From the NCBI GenBank assembly GCA_025800145.1, contig JAOXSH010000004.1, positions 3,726-67,725 of the forward strand: a stretch of 64,000 bases of DNA. Reading direction: 5' to 3'. The notes under the pieces were generated by a model. That model was given only the letters and a program-made list of their open reading frames with translations. It was not told where the DNA came from and searched no databases. Shown here in pieces: positions 22,310-31,900 of this stretch. This DNA is from Cohaesibacter sp. (lineage in GTDB: Bacteria; Pseudomonadota; Alphaproteobacteria; Rhizobiales; Cohaesibacteraceae). Each line of letters begins with the position of its first letter. The first letter of the stretch is position 1. Position numbers and translations under genes: made by a program.

Positions 22310-22345
22310 ATCCTGCCCCGTCCCCATCAACGAATGGGGCAGGAT
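22310..22345. terminator. Hairpin between convergent dehydratase and carbonic anhydrase genes
   Basis: ATCCTGCCCC...GGGGCAGGAT inverted repeat; weak U tracts. Confidence 0.5.
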
Positions 22346-22395
22346 GTAAGAACTCTATCTTAGTGCGCAATTTAAAAGAATTTTAAATCAGGCTC

Positions 22396-22869
22396 TTATG
22401 GCTGATAGGGCAAGGATGAATGATGCAGCACAATGCGCAACACCCCGTCAGCATTCTTCTTATAGCCAAAACTCTTATCGACCTGTGTGATAGTGCCATC
22501 CTTATCGGTCAGCTTGATCCAGCCCATCCACATACCAACATCGCCCTCGATAAATTCAGCCGCAGTGATGCTTTCCATGGCACGCCATCCCTTGAGACCA
22601 AAACCGGAATCCAATGGATAAGCCTCATCATGGCCAACAAAATAGGACAAAGCCCCCGTGCGGGTTGGGCGGAAGGTCTGATCACCACTGGCCAGCGTCG
22701 GCTTAAACAGAACCGGACCAAGATCATAGCCATAAGCCGCATCCAGAACCTGTTCGGCAACCGGGCGCGCCGCTTCAATATCACCTTCTTCATAAGCCTT
22801 GGAGATGGCAATCAGACCATCACCCCAAGCCTTGCGTGCCGCACTCAGCTCATCGGTGGAAATCGACAT
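22396..22869 (-). CDS. Iota-class carbonic anhydrase homolog (COG4337-type)
   Basis: AYGY..GPVLFKPTLA, GALSYFVG, DSGF.L.GW, VDKSFGY, C-terminal HHSSLPY; no signal peptide. Confidence 0.75.
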   Translation of the reverse strand: MSISTDELSAARKAWGDGLIAISKAYEEGDIEAARPVAEQVLDAAYGYDLGPVLFKPTLASGDQTFRPTRTGALSYFVGHDEAYPLDSGFGLKGWRAMESITAAEFIEGDVGMWMGWIKLTDKDGTITQVDKSFGYKKNADGVLRIVLHHSSLPYQP

Positions 22870-23000
22870 GCTCTTGTCCCTTTCAGTTGGTCACTTTGCA
22901 ACAGCTTATTTAGGCGCAACTTAGCTGTGAATCAAGAAGAGCCGGTCAAAAACCAACCTCTTCAAAAGGGGAAGCTTTTGATAGAAAAGATGATCAAACA

Positions 23001-23034
23001 AAAAAACCGGCCCATTTCAAAAAGGCCGGTTTTT
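23001..23034 (-). terminator. Intrinsic terminator of asd
   Basis: AAAAAACCGGCC...GGCCGGTTTTT with A/T tracts on both sides. Confidence 0.75.
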
Positions 23035-23057
23035 GATCATCATATCTGTCACTCACA

Positions 23058-24107
23058 TTAAGCAGCAACTTCGGCCCGTGGCTTGACCAGACCTTTATTG
23101 ATCAGGGTCTCGGCAATCTGCACGGTGTTCAGCGCAGCGCCTTTGCGCAAGTTATCAGAAACAACCCAGAGATTGAGGCCATTCTCAACGGTGGAATCTT
23201 CGCGGATACGAGAAATGTAAGTCGCATCTTCGCCAGCAGATTCAACAGGGGTGATATATCCCCCATCTTCGCGCTTGTCGACAACCAGACAACCCGGCGC
23301 TTCACGCAAAATATCACGCGCTTCATCAGCAGAGATCGGATTTTCAAATTCCAGATTCACCGCTTCAGAATGACCAACGAAAACAGGCACACGAACAGCA
23401 GTACAGCTCACCTTGATGGATGGATCGAGCATTTTCTTGGTCTCGGCAACAACTTTCCACTCTTCCTTGGTGGAACCGTCATCCATGAACACATCGATAT
23501 GCGGGATCACATTGAAAGCAATGCGCTTGGTGAATTTCTTCGGCTCGATCGGGTCAGACACAAAGACTGCCCGCGTCTGGGTGAACAACTCATCCATGGC
23601 TTCCTTGCCACCACCAGACACAGACTGATAGGTCGAAACAACAGCACGCTTGATCTTTGCTTTCTCATGCAATGGCTTTAAAGCCACCAAAAGCTGCGCG
23701 GTCGAGCAATTCGGGTTAGCGATAATATTGATGCGATCCTTTTTGGCAATCCACTCTTCCAAAGCCGCAGCATTGACCTCTGGCACAATCAAGGGAATGC
23801 GCTCGTCATAGCGCCATTGCGAGGAATTATCGATAACGATGCAGCCTTGCGCCGCAATCTTTGGAGACCATTCCTTGGACAAGGAGCCACCAGCCGACAT
23901 CAGGCAAAAGTCTGTGTCAGAAAAATCATAATGATCCAGAACCTGACATTTCAGCGTGGTGTCGCCAAAAGACACTTCCTTGCCTTTGGAACGCGAAGAG
24001 GCCAAAGCCACCACTTCATCTGCCGGAAAGCCGCGCTCGGACAGAATATCAAGCATCTCGCGCCCCACATTGCCAGTGGCACCGACGATTGCAATTTTAT
24101 AACCCAT
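23058..24107 (-). CDS. asd: Aspartate-semialdehyde dehydrogenase
   Basis: VGATGNVG, IDNSS, IANPNCST catalytic Cys, SDNLRKGAALN. Confidence 0.99.
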   Translation of the reverse strand: MGYKIAIVGATGNVGREMLDILSERGFPADEVVALASSRSKGKEVSFGDTTLKCQVLDHYDFSDTDFCLMSAGGSLSKEWSPKIAAQGCIVIDNSSQWRYDERIPLIVPEVNAAALEEWIAKKDRINIIANPNCSTAQLLVALKPLHEKAKIKRAVVSTYQSVSGGGKEAMDELFTQTRAVFVSDPIEPKKFTKRIAFNVIPHIDVFMDDGSTKEEWKVVAETKKMLDPSIKVSCTAVRVPVFVGHSEAVNLEFENPISADEARDILREAPGCLVVDKREDGGYITPVESAGEDATYISRIREDSTVENGLNLWVVSDNLRKGAALNTVQIAETLINKGLVKPRAEVAA

Positions 24108-24222
24108 AATAGATGATCTCCTGATCCCGGCTCCCCCAAAGTCTCCTGCCTTGCCAACATGGCACAGGCAGAATGGCTCCCCTCACATCCCCGGGGAGAG
24201 CCTGGCAGGGAGCGAGAGGCGC

Positions 24223-24273
24223 TTAAACCTTGGTAATAGTGGTAGTTGTGCGTTTGAGCAGGCCAGCAGTCAT
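24223..24273 (-). CDS. Putative Thr/Ile/Lys-rich attenuator leader peptide of asd (MTAGLLKRTTTTITKV)
   Basis: ATG ACT GCT GGC CTG CTC AAA CGC ACA ACT ACC ACT ATT ACC AAG GTT TAA; AGGGA 8 nt upstream of the ATG; ends 115 nt before the asd ATG. Confidence 0.75.
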   Translation of the reverse strand: MTAGLLKRTTTTITKV

Positions 24274-24512
24274 CACACCGGTCCCTGACGGAGCAGTGAT
24301 AAAATCTGCAAATATGACAAGGGAACCAATCATCCCAAACGCCCTTTTCAAACTCAGCCCGCTTCAAGGCGGACCCTCTCGGTTCAGATGTGCTTTTTGC
24401 CCAAGCCTTGCCCCCAAGTCAAGTAACAATCTGCCCGGCAATCCCCATTATACGAAAGAATGATACCAAAAAAGCAAAGACAGCAGAGCAAAAAGACGCT
24501 AAAAGACGTCTC

Positions 24513-24818
24513 ATGACCAAAGAGAGCAAACAAACACGCGAAGAACGAGAGGCTGCACGGCAAGCAGAAGCCATGCGCGCGCTTGAACGCGTGGAGCGTG
24601 AAAGTGAAACCATCGCCAATTCCAATTTTGCCCGCGCCAGCAACCGGCAAATCAATCATATGGAAGAAGCGCTGGATCGAACGCTCAAAAGGCTTGGGAC
24701 CGATGAAGATGGCAAATATGACCCGATAGAAGCTTGGGGGTCTGGCATTGGCCGCATAGGTGGTGCAATCTTTGCCATCATTCTTGTTATTTGGCTCATC
24801 AGCCATTTCACCAGATAA
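24513..24818 (+). CDS. Small protein with charged helical N-terminus and C-terminal membrane anchor
   Basis: MTKESKQTREERE...DPIEAWGSGIGRIGGAIFAIILVIWLISHFTR; divergent from asd. Confidence 0.65.
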   Translation: MTKESKQTREEREAARQAEAMRALERVERESETIANSNFARASNRQINHMEEALDRTLKRLGTDEDGKYDPIEAWGSGIGRIGGAIFAIILVIWLISHFTR

Positions 24819-24985
24819 CAAAATCCTTGGCTAATCCCCTCAACTGGTGTAGGGGATGGCAAGATAGCTGAAAAATGCCCTATGCCTTGATATTGCGCAT
24901 GATAAGCATTTTGCAAACGGCCTAAGATATAAAATTTCTCACACGCAACCCAAAACAAAGAGACGAACAAGAGAGACACACGATC

Positions 24986-25942
24986 ATGAGCGCGAAAATC
25001 TTTATCGATGGCGAAGTTGGCACGACCGGATTGCAGATCCGTGAGCGCCTGTCAGGCCGCAGCGATATCGAATTCTTGCGCCTTGGCGAAGACAAGCGCA
25101 AGGATCGCGATGCACGGGCAAAAATGCTCAATGAAGCAGACATTGCCATTCTCTGCCTGCCTGACGCTGCCTCTATTGAAGCTGTCACTCTGATCGAAAA
25201 TGACACCACCCGTGTCATTGACGCCTCCTCTGCCCACAGGGTGAGCGAAGGCTGGGTCTATGGCTTTGCGGAAATGACACCGGATCAACGCGAAAAAATC
25301 GCAAATGCCAAACGGGTCACCAATCCCGGCTGCTATCCGCAAGGCTATATCGCGCTGATGCGCCCACTTGTGGAAGCTGGCTTCATTCCGGCCAATTTCC
25401 CCGCAAGCGTGAATGCAATTTCTGGCTATAGTGGCGGCGGCAAAGCCATGATTGCGGACTATGAAGCAACCCAGAATGGCCTGCAAACACCCTATTGGCC
25501 CTATGGCCTGACATTGGCCCATAAACATGTGCCGGAAATGAAAACCTATGCCGGGTTGGATCATGCCCCCATTTTCCAACCAGCGGTTGGCCACTATGCT
25601 CAAGGCATGATCGATGCTGTGCCCGTCAATCTCTGGGCGCTCAACAAGAAACTGCATCTTCAAGACCTGCATGACTGCCTGTCACAGCGCTACCAGAACG
25701 AGTCCTTCGTGAAGGTAGCCCCGCTTCAAGCCGCAAGCAAACTGGACGCCATTACGCCAGAATATTTGAACGGCACCAACAGTATGCATTTGCACATCCA
25801 TGGCAATGATGAGAGCGGGCAAGCGCTCTTGCTGGCCGTGTATGACAATCTGGGCAAAGGGGCATCCGGCGCTGCCATACAGAATATGAATATCATGCTG
25901 GGACTGGATGAGACGACCAGTCTTCCTGTCGCGCCGCTCTAG
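24986..25942 (+). CDS. argC: N-acetyl-gamma-glutamyl-phosphate reductase (short type)
   Basis: [37 protein letters not shown]. Confidence 0.96.
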   Translation: MSAKIFIDGEVGTTGLQIRERLSGRSDIEFLRLGEDKRKDRDARAKMLNEADIAILCLPDAASIEAVTLIENDTTRVIDASSAHRVSEGWVYGFAEMTPDQREKIANAKRVTNPGCYPQGYIALMRPLVEAGFIPANFPASVNAISGYSGGGKAMIADYEATQNGLQTPYWPYGLTLAHKHVPEMKTYAGLDHAPIFQPAVGHYAQGMIDAVPVNLWALNKKLHLQDLHDCLSQRYQNESFVKVAPLQAASKLDAITPEYLNGTNSMHLHIHGNDESGQALLLAVYDNLGKGASGAAIQNMNIMLGLDETTSLPVAPL

Positions 25943-26019
25943 GCACATCCGGCATTCAATCAAAAGCCTGTTTGCCCCCATTGCAAACAGACAAGACGAC
26001 AATAAGGACCGAGCTGAAA

Positions 26020-26625
26020 ATGGATAAGTTCACAACGCTGACCGCAATTGCCGCGCCGATGCCTCTGATCAATATCGACACCGATATGATCATTCCGAAA
26101 CAATTTCTGAAAACCATCAAACGCACCGGCCTTGGTGCCAATGTGTTCCATGAAATGCGTTTCAATGAAGATGGCAGCGAAAATGCGGACTTTGTTCTCA
26201 ATCAGGACGCCTATCGCAAGGCAAAAATCATTGTCGCGGGTGACAATTTTGGCTGTGGCTCCTCCCGTGAACATGCCCCATGGGCTTTGCTTGATTTCGG
26301 CATCAAATGCATCATCTCCACCAGCTTTGCCGATATCTTTTATAACAACAGCTTCAAAAATGGTATTCTGCCAATCGTGGTCAATGAAGACGATCACAAA
26401 AAGCTGCTGGACGATGCCGCACGCGGTGCCAATGCAACCCTGACCATTGATCTGGAAAATCAAGTCATCAAAGGCCCAGATGGCGGCGAAATTGCCTTTG
26501 ACATTGACCCCTTCAAAAAGAAATGTCTGCTGGAAGGCCTCGATGATATCGGCCTGTCCATGCAGAAAATTGACAATGTCGCAAAATTCGAGACCAAAAT
26601 CTCTGACGAGCGTCCTTGGGTCTAG
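26020..26625 (+). CDS. leuD: 3-isopropylmalate dehydratase small subunit
   Basis: [37 protein letters not shown]. Confidence 0.98.
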   Translation: MDKFTTLTAIAAPMPLINIDTDMIIPKQFLKTIKRTGLGANVFHEMRFNEDGSENADFVLNQDAYRKAKIIVAGDNFGCGSSREHAPWALLDFGIKCIISTSFADIFYNNSFKNGILPIVVNEDDHKKLLDDAARGANATLTIDLENQVIKGPDGGEIAFDIDPFKKKCLLEGLDDIGLSMQKIDNVAKFETKISDERPWV

Positions 26626-26729
26626 AGCATATTTGTCGAAAAGTGTGTGCGGTTTTCGGACAAAAATATGCTTAGAAACAAAGACTAAAGCATTTTGAAT
26701 AACGACGTGTTTATTCAAAATGCTCTAAG
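26622..26729. repeat. CTAG-bounded double-hairpin interspersed repeat, copy 1
   Basis: CTAGAGCATATTTGTCGAAAAG..TTTTCGGACAAAAATATGCT..CTAAAGCATTTTGAATAA..TTATTCAAAATGCTCTAAG; near-identical to 33749-33853. Confidence 0.9.
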
Positions 26730-26773
26730 TCATTGCAAAGCGGGCAATCTGCTGCAATCAGATACGATCTCAT

Positions 26774-26801
26774 AAAACCAGACCCACGGGTCTGGTTTTT
26801 T
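26774..26801 (+). terminator. Intrinsic terminator after leuD
   Basis: AAAACCAGACCC-AC-GGGTCTGGTTTTTT. Confidence 0.8.
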
Positions 26802-26956
26802 ATTGCCCAATAGTCCCAAAGTGCGTCACAAATCTGCAAAGCGCTTGCACCTTGGCGCAATATTGATTAATCGAAACCCAACCATTTCTTTCTTTCCAAT
26901 CCTTGCAGCCAAACATGGCCGGCAAGCATGATTGCTACCCAAACTGGAACGAGATT

Positions 26957-28066
26957 ATGACAAGCAAGCTTTTCCTCCTGCCCGGCGACGGCATCGGCCC
27001 TGAAATCATGAATGAAGTGAAAAAGATCATCGAGTGGATGAATGCCAATCTCGAGGCTGTTTCCTTTGAAACTGAAGAAGGTCTGGTAGGCGGCTCTGCT
27101 TATGATGCCCATGGCTCTGCAATCTGCGAAGAGGATATGGCAAAGGCAATGGCCGCAGATGCCGTTCTGTTTGGAGCGGTTGGCGGCCCAAAATGGGCAG
27201 ATGTGCCTTACGAAGTGCGCCCCGAAGCTGGCCTGTTGCGTCTACGTAAAGATCTGGGACTGTTTGCCAATTTGCGCCCTGCTCTGTGCTATCCGGCACT
27301 GGCTGATGCCTCTTCGCTCAAAAAAGAACTGGTCGAAGGCCTTGATATCCTGATCGTACGCGAGCTGACCGGCGGCGTTTATTTTGGCGAACCAAAGGAA
27401 ATCACCGATCTGCCTGACGGACAAAAGCGCGCCGTTGATACCCAGCTCTATACCACATCCGAGATTGAGCGCATTTGCCGCGTGGCCTTTGATTTGGCCA
27501 AAACCCGATCCAATCGCGTGGCCTCTTCCGAGAAGCATAATGTGATGAAATCCGGCGTTTTGTGGAAAGAAGTCGCAACCCGTATTGGTGCACAAGAATA
27601 TCCAGACACACCGTTGGAACATGTACTGGCCGATAATTGCGCCATGCAGCTGGTTCGCAATCCAAAGCAATATGACGTCATTGTCTGTGACAACCTGTTT
27701 GGCGATATCCTCTCAGATGTTGCAGCCATGTTGACCGGCTCTCTTGGTATGTTGCCATCCGCCTCCCTTGGCGCACCAGATGCAGCAAGCGGCAAACGCA
27801 AAGCCCTCTATGAGCCCGTTCATGGCTCCGCGCCTGACATTGCTGGCAGTGGCGCTGCTAACCCCATTGCCATGGTTGCTTCTTTTGGTATGGCCCTGCG
27901 CTATTCTTTCGGCCTGATCAAAGAAGCAGAAATGGTCGATGCCGCTATCTCCAACGTCTTGGACAAAGGCCTGCGCACCCGCGACATTGCAACACAAGAT
28001 GCCAACATCGTCACCACCTCAGAGATGGGCGATGCCATTATCACCGAGTTGAAAGCTCTGGCATAA
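26957..28066 (+). CDS. leuB: 3-isopropylmalate dehydrogenase
   Basis: [40 protein letters not shown]. Confidence 0.98.
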   Translation: MTSKLFLLPGDGIGPEIMNEVKKIIEWMNANLEAVSFETEEGLVGGSAYDAHGSAICEEDMAKAMAADAVLFGAVGGPKWADVPYEVRPEAGLLRLRKDLGLFANLRPALCYPALADASSLKKELVEGLDILIVRELTGGVYFGEPKEITDLPDGQKRAVDTQLYTTSEIERICRVAFDLAKTRSNRVASSEKHNVMKSGVLWKEVATRIGAQEYPDTPLEHVLADNCAMQLVRNPKQYDVIVCDNLFGDILSDVAAMLTGSLGMLPSASLGAPDAASGKRKALYEPVHGSAPDIAGSGAANPIAMVASFGMALRYSFGLIKEAEMVDAAISNVLDKGLRTRDIATQDANIVTTSEMGDAIITELKALA

Positions 28067-28089
28067 ACGCCAAGCCACAAGCAAAAATC

Positions 28090-28121
28090 AAAGGCCGGAT
28101 GTTGCCTCATCCGGCCTTTTT
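28090..28121. terminator. Bidirectional terminator between leuB and the CMD gene
   Basis: AAAGGCCGGATG...CATCCGGCCTTTTT. Confidence 0.75.
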
Positions 28122-28131
28122 CATGCAAACA

Positions 28132-28734
28132 TCACCGGTCCATCCCGTGATAGGCTTCATTGGGCATCATGTCGGTTGCAATGGCCACACGATTGGACAT
28201 ATTAAAAAAGCCAACCACATTGGCAATGTCCCAAATATCATGATCGCTAAAACCGGCTTCACGCAGAGCCTCACGATCATCCTCCACCACTTTGGATGGC
28301 TTTTCAGTCAATTTGGCAGCATAATCCAGCATCACCCGATGCCGATTGGACAAATCAGCAACACGATAATTCATCACCAGCATTTCCCCCAATTGCGGAT
28401 CCCCCGATAGCTCACGCACCGCTTGCCCATGGGCCACCAGACAATAAAAACAGCGATTAACAGAGCTGACCACAACGGCAATCATTTCCCGCTCCAGCTT
28501 TGACAAACCGCTCTCCTCCAGCATCAAGGCGTTATAAAGGCCGGAAAAAGCGCGAAATTTATCCTCAGAAAAGGCATGAGCGCTCAAAACATTGGGAACC
28601 AACCCCAGTTTCTCCTGGCAAATTGCCAGATATTTGGCGATATCCGCAGGCATTGGGTCCATCGCTGGCAAATCCAACGCAATAACCGCCCGATTGCCCT
28701 GTTTCACCGGATCTTTCTGCTCATTTTGCTCCAT
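28132..28734 (-). CDS. AhpD/carboxymuconolactone decarboxylase-like peroxidase-related enzyme
   Basis: LGLVPNV, EREMIAVVVSSVNRCFYCLVAHG, FNMSNR. Confidence 0.88.
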   Translation of the reverse strand: MEQNEQKDPVKQGNRAVIALDLPAMDPMPADIAKYLAICQEKLGLVPNVLSAHAFSEDKFRAFSGLYNALMLEESGLSKLEREMIAVVVSSVNRCFYCLVAHGQAVRELSGDPQLGEMLVMNYRVADLSNRHRVMLDYAAKLTEKPSKVVEDDREALREAGFSDHDIWDIANVVGFFNMSNRVAIATDMMPNEAYHGMDR

Positions 28735-28925
28735 TTCACACTCCTTTTCACAGACATGACCAAAAGTTTATTCAAAGTGTATGGACTTCACTTAACCAAT
28801 TTTCACTATCCTTTAGTCTGAAAGGCTGATTAAAATAACGACAAATCGCGAAACGTTGGTCTTAAAACGCGAAAGGGCCATTCCAAAATCCACGCGATGG
28901 ATGGTCCCTTACAGAGGAAACAAAG

Positions 28926-31900
28926 ATGACTTTGGATCTTGATAGTGATCACAAAAAGCATATTGCAAACGCACAAAAGCTGATTGAAAAAGCTGACCCC
29001 CTCCATCAAAATTATTTAAAACATTTGTTTTATCAATCAGATAAAGAAGATCTGGCACGCTATAGTCCAGCCGAATTGGCGCATGTGGCTTCCCTGTCCA
29101 TGGATACATTTGCCAAAAGCTTTGATGGAAAGCACAAGATCCATATCTCTGATCCAACCTTTAAAGACGATGCTGACGCCCTGCTCAATCAGGTCACCAT
29201 CATTGAGCTACACAATGCCAACAAGCCATTCCTCGTTGATTCGGTTATGGGGGTTTTGCAAAATGCCGGCTATGACATCCATCTGGTTTTGCATCCAGTC
29301 ATCACCACAGAGCGCGACGACAAACAGGCCCTGATCGCCCTGCATGACAGAAATGAAGCCCAGACCAACCCAAAATTGCGTCGCGAAAGCCTCATCCATG
29401 TCCATATTTCGCGTTTGGCTGACAAAAAAGCGAAAACAGAACTGCATCAGGCTCTGGATGCAATCCTCAGTGATGTCAGCGCGGTGGTCGAAGATTGGAA
29501 GGCCATGTTGTTGCGCCTTGAAGAAACCATTGCCATCTTCAAAATCACCCCACCGCCTTTGCCACAAGACGATATTGATGAGACCGTCGAATTTCTGCGC
29601 TGGTTGGTCAATAACAATTTCACCCTTTTGGGCATGCGCGAATATGCCATCAATGCCGATTCGGACGAAGGCGAATTGGCCAGAACCGACCGTCCTGGCC
29701 TTGGGGTATTGCGCAACCCAGAAGTCCGCGTCCTGCGCCGTGGTAGTGAATTGGTGACCATGACACCAGAGATCAAAGAATTTCTAATGCGCCCGGAACC
29801 TCTGATCATCACCAAAACCAATGTGAAAACCGGGGTCCATCGCCGGGCTTATATGGATTATATCGGCATCAAACTCTATGACGACCATGGCACCCTAACC
29901 GGCGAATTGCGCATTGTCGGCCTCTTCACCTCCACCACCTATAACCGCTCCGCCACCCATATTCCATTCCTGCGCCGCAAAGTCTCGCAAACATTGGACA
30001 AAGCAGCGGTCGATCCTTCCGGCCATTCAGGCAAGGCCTTGCTCAATGTTTTGGAAGGCTATCCCCGCGATGAGCTATTCCAGATTGATCAGGACACATT
30101 GCTCACCTTCAGTCAGGAAATTCTGCGCCTGCATGAGCGCCCGCGCATTCGCGTTCTCTCCCGCGTGGACAAATTTGACCGCTTCGTCTCGGTGCTGGTC
30201 TTTGTCCCGCGTGATCGCTACAACACCTCAATTCGCCTCAAAATCGGTGATTTCCTAAAAGACGCCTATGATGGCCGCCTCTCCGCCGTTTATCCCGACT
30301 TTCCCGACGGTCCTTTGGCACGGGTGCATTTCATCATTGGCCGCTCCACTGGCAAAACCCCGACCCCAACCCGCATCGAGCTGGAAGAAAGTATCCAGAA
30401 AATTGTGCGCACATGGTCGGATGGGTTGGCAGAAGCGGTCCGAGAAACCTGTTCTCTGGCCAAAGCCGGCCAATTGATCAATCTCTATTGCGATGCTTTC
30501 TCAGACGCCTATCGCGATACATTCGAACCGGAAATCGCGGTCAAAGACATCCGCATCATGGAAAGCATGATAGGCGATGTCGACACAGCCATTCAACTCT
30601 ATCGCAAGCAGGAAGATCCCAAACATCGCATTGCCCTGAAAATCTTCCATTCCCATACCCCCATTCCCTTGTCAGAGCGCGTGCCAATTCTAGAAAATAT
30701 GGGCTTTCGCGTCATTGACGAGCGCTCTTATGACATCAAGCCCGTAAACAGCGACAAACTGTTCTGGATGCATGATATGGAGCTGGAGCGCGCTGACGGT
30801 CAGGATATCGACACGACAGAAGTACAAGAAAATCTTCAGGCCTGTTTCCTTGCCATCTGGCATGGCGAAGCAGAGAATGACGGCTATAATACACTGGTCT
30901 TGAACGCCAATTTGCCATGGCGCGACATCACAATCCTGCGAACCATTTCGCGCTATCTGCGTCAGGTCCGCATCCCCTATTCTCAGGATTATATGTGGGG
31001 TACCCTCAACAGCTATCCTGATTTGTCAGCCCTGATTGTCGATCTGTTCCATACCCGTTTCAACCCCGATCAAAAGAACCGCGTCGCAGAGGCAACCCGT
31101 CTGACCGGTGGCATTGACACCGCTCTGGAAGCAGTCGCCAATCTCGATCATGACCGCATCATGCGCCGTTTTGTCGATGTCATTCAGGCAACCTTGCGCA
31201 CCAACTTCTATCAACTGAGCGAACAAAAGACAGCCAAACCAACTCTGGCTCTCAAACTCAATCCACGCACTATGGAAGAGATGCCCGAACCAAAGCCATT
31301 TCGCGAAATCTTTGTCTATAGCCCACGGGTCGAAGGCCTGCATTTGCGCTTTGGCAAAGTTGCGCGCGGCGGCTTGCGCTGGTCCGACCGCCCACAGGAT
31401 TTCCGCACCGAAGTGCTGGGTCTGGTAAAAGCACAGCAAGTCAAAAATGCCGTGATCGTGCCCGTTGGCTCAAAAGGGGGATTTGTTCCCAAACAATTGC
31501 CAACATCTGGCGATCGCGAAGCCTTCATGGCTGAAGGCATTGCCTCCTATAAATTGTTCATTTCCTCTTTGCTCGATGTCACCGACAATCTGGAAGGCCA
31601 GAAAATTCTGCCACCAACCAAGGTCATCCGTCATGATGAAGATGACCCTTATCTGGTTGTCGCCGCCGACAAAGGCACCGCCACTTTCTCTGACATTGCC
31701 AATGGCATTTCAGAAGGTAAGGAATTTTGGTTGGGCGATGCGTTCGCCTCTGGCGGATCAGCCGGTTACGACCACAAGAAAATGGGCATCACCGCCCGCG
31801 GCGGCTGGGAAGCGGTCAAACGCCATTTCCGCGAAATGGACCGCGATATCCAGACAGAGCCTTTCACCACTATCGGCGTAGGCGATATGTCCGGCGATGT

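Noticed and set aside
26800-26956. Search for Leu-rich or Arg-rich leader peptides before leuB, leuD, argC and argG
   Set aside because: No short ORF with a run of cognate codons was found, unlike at asd.
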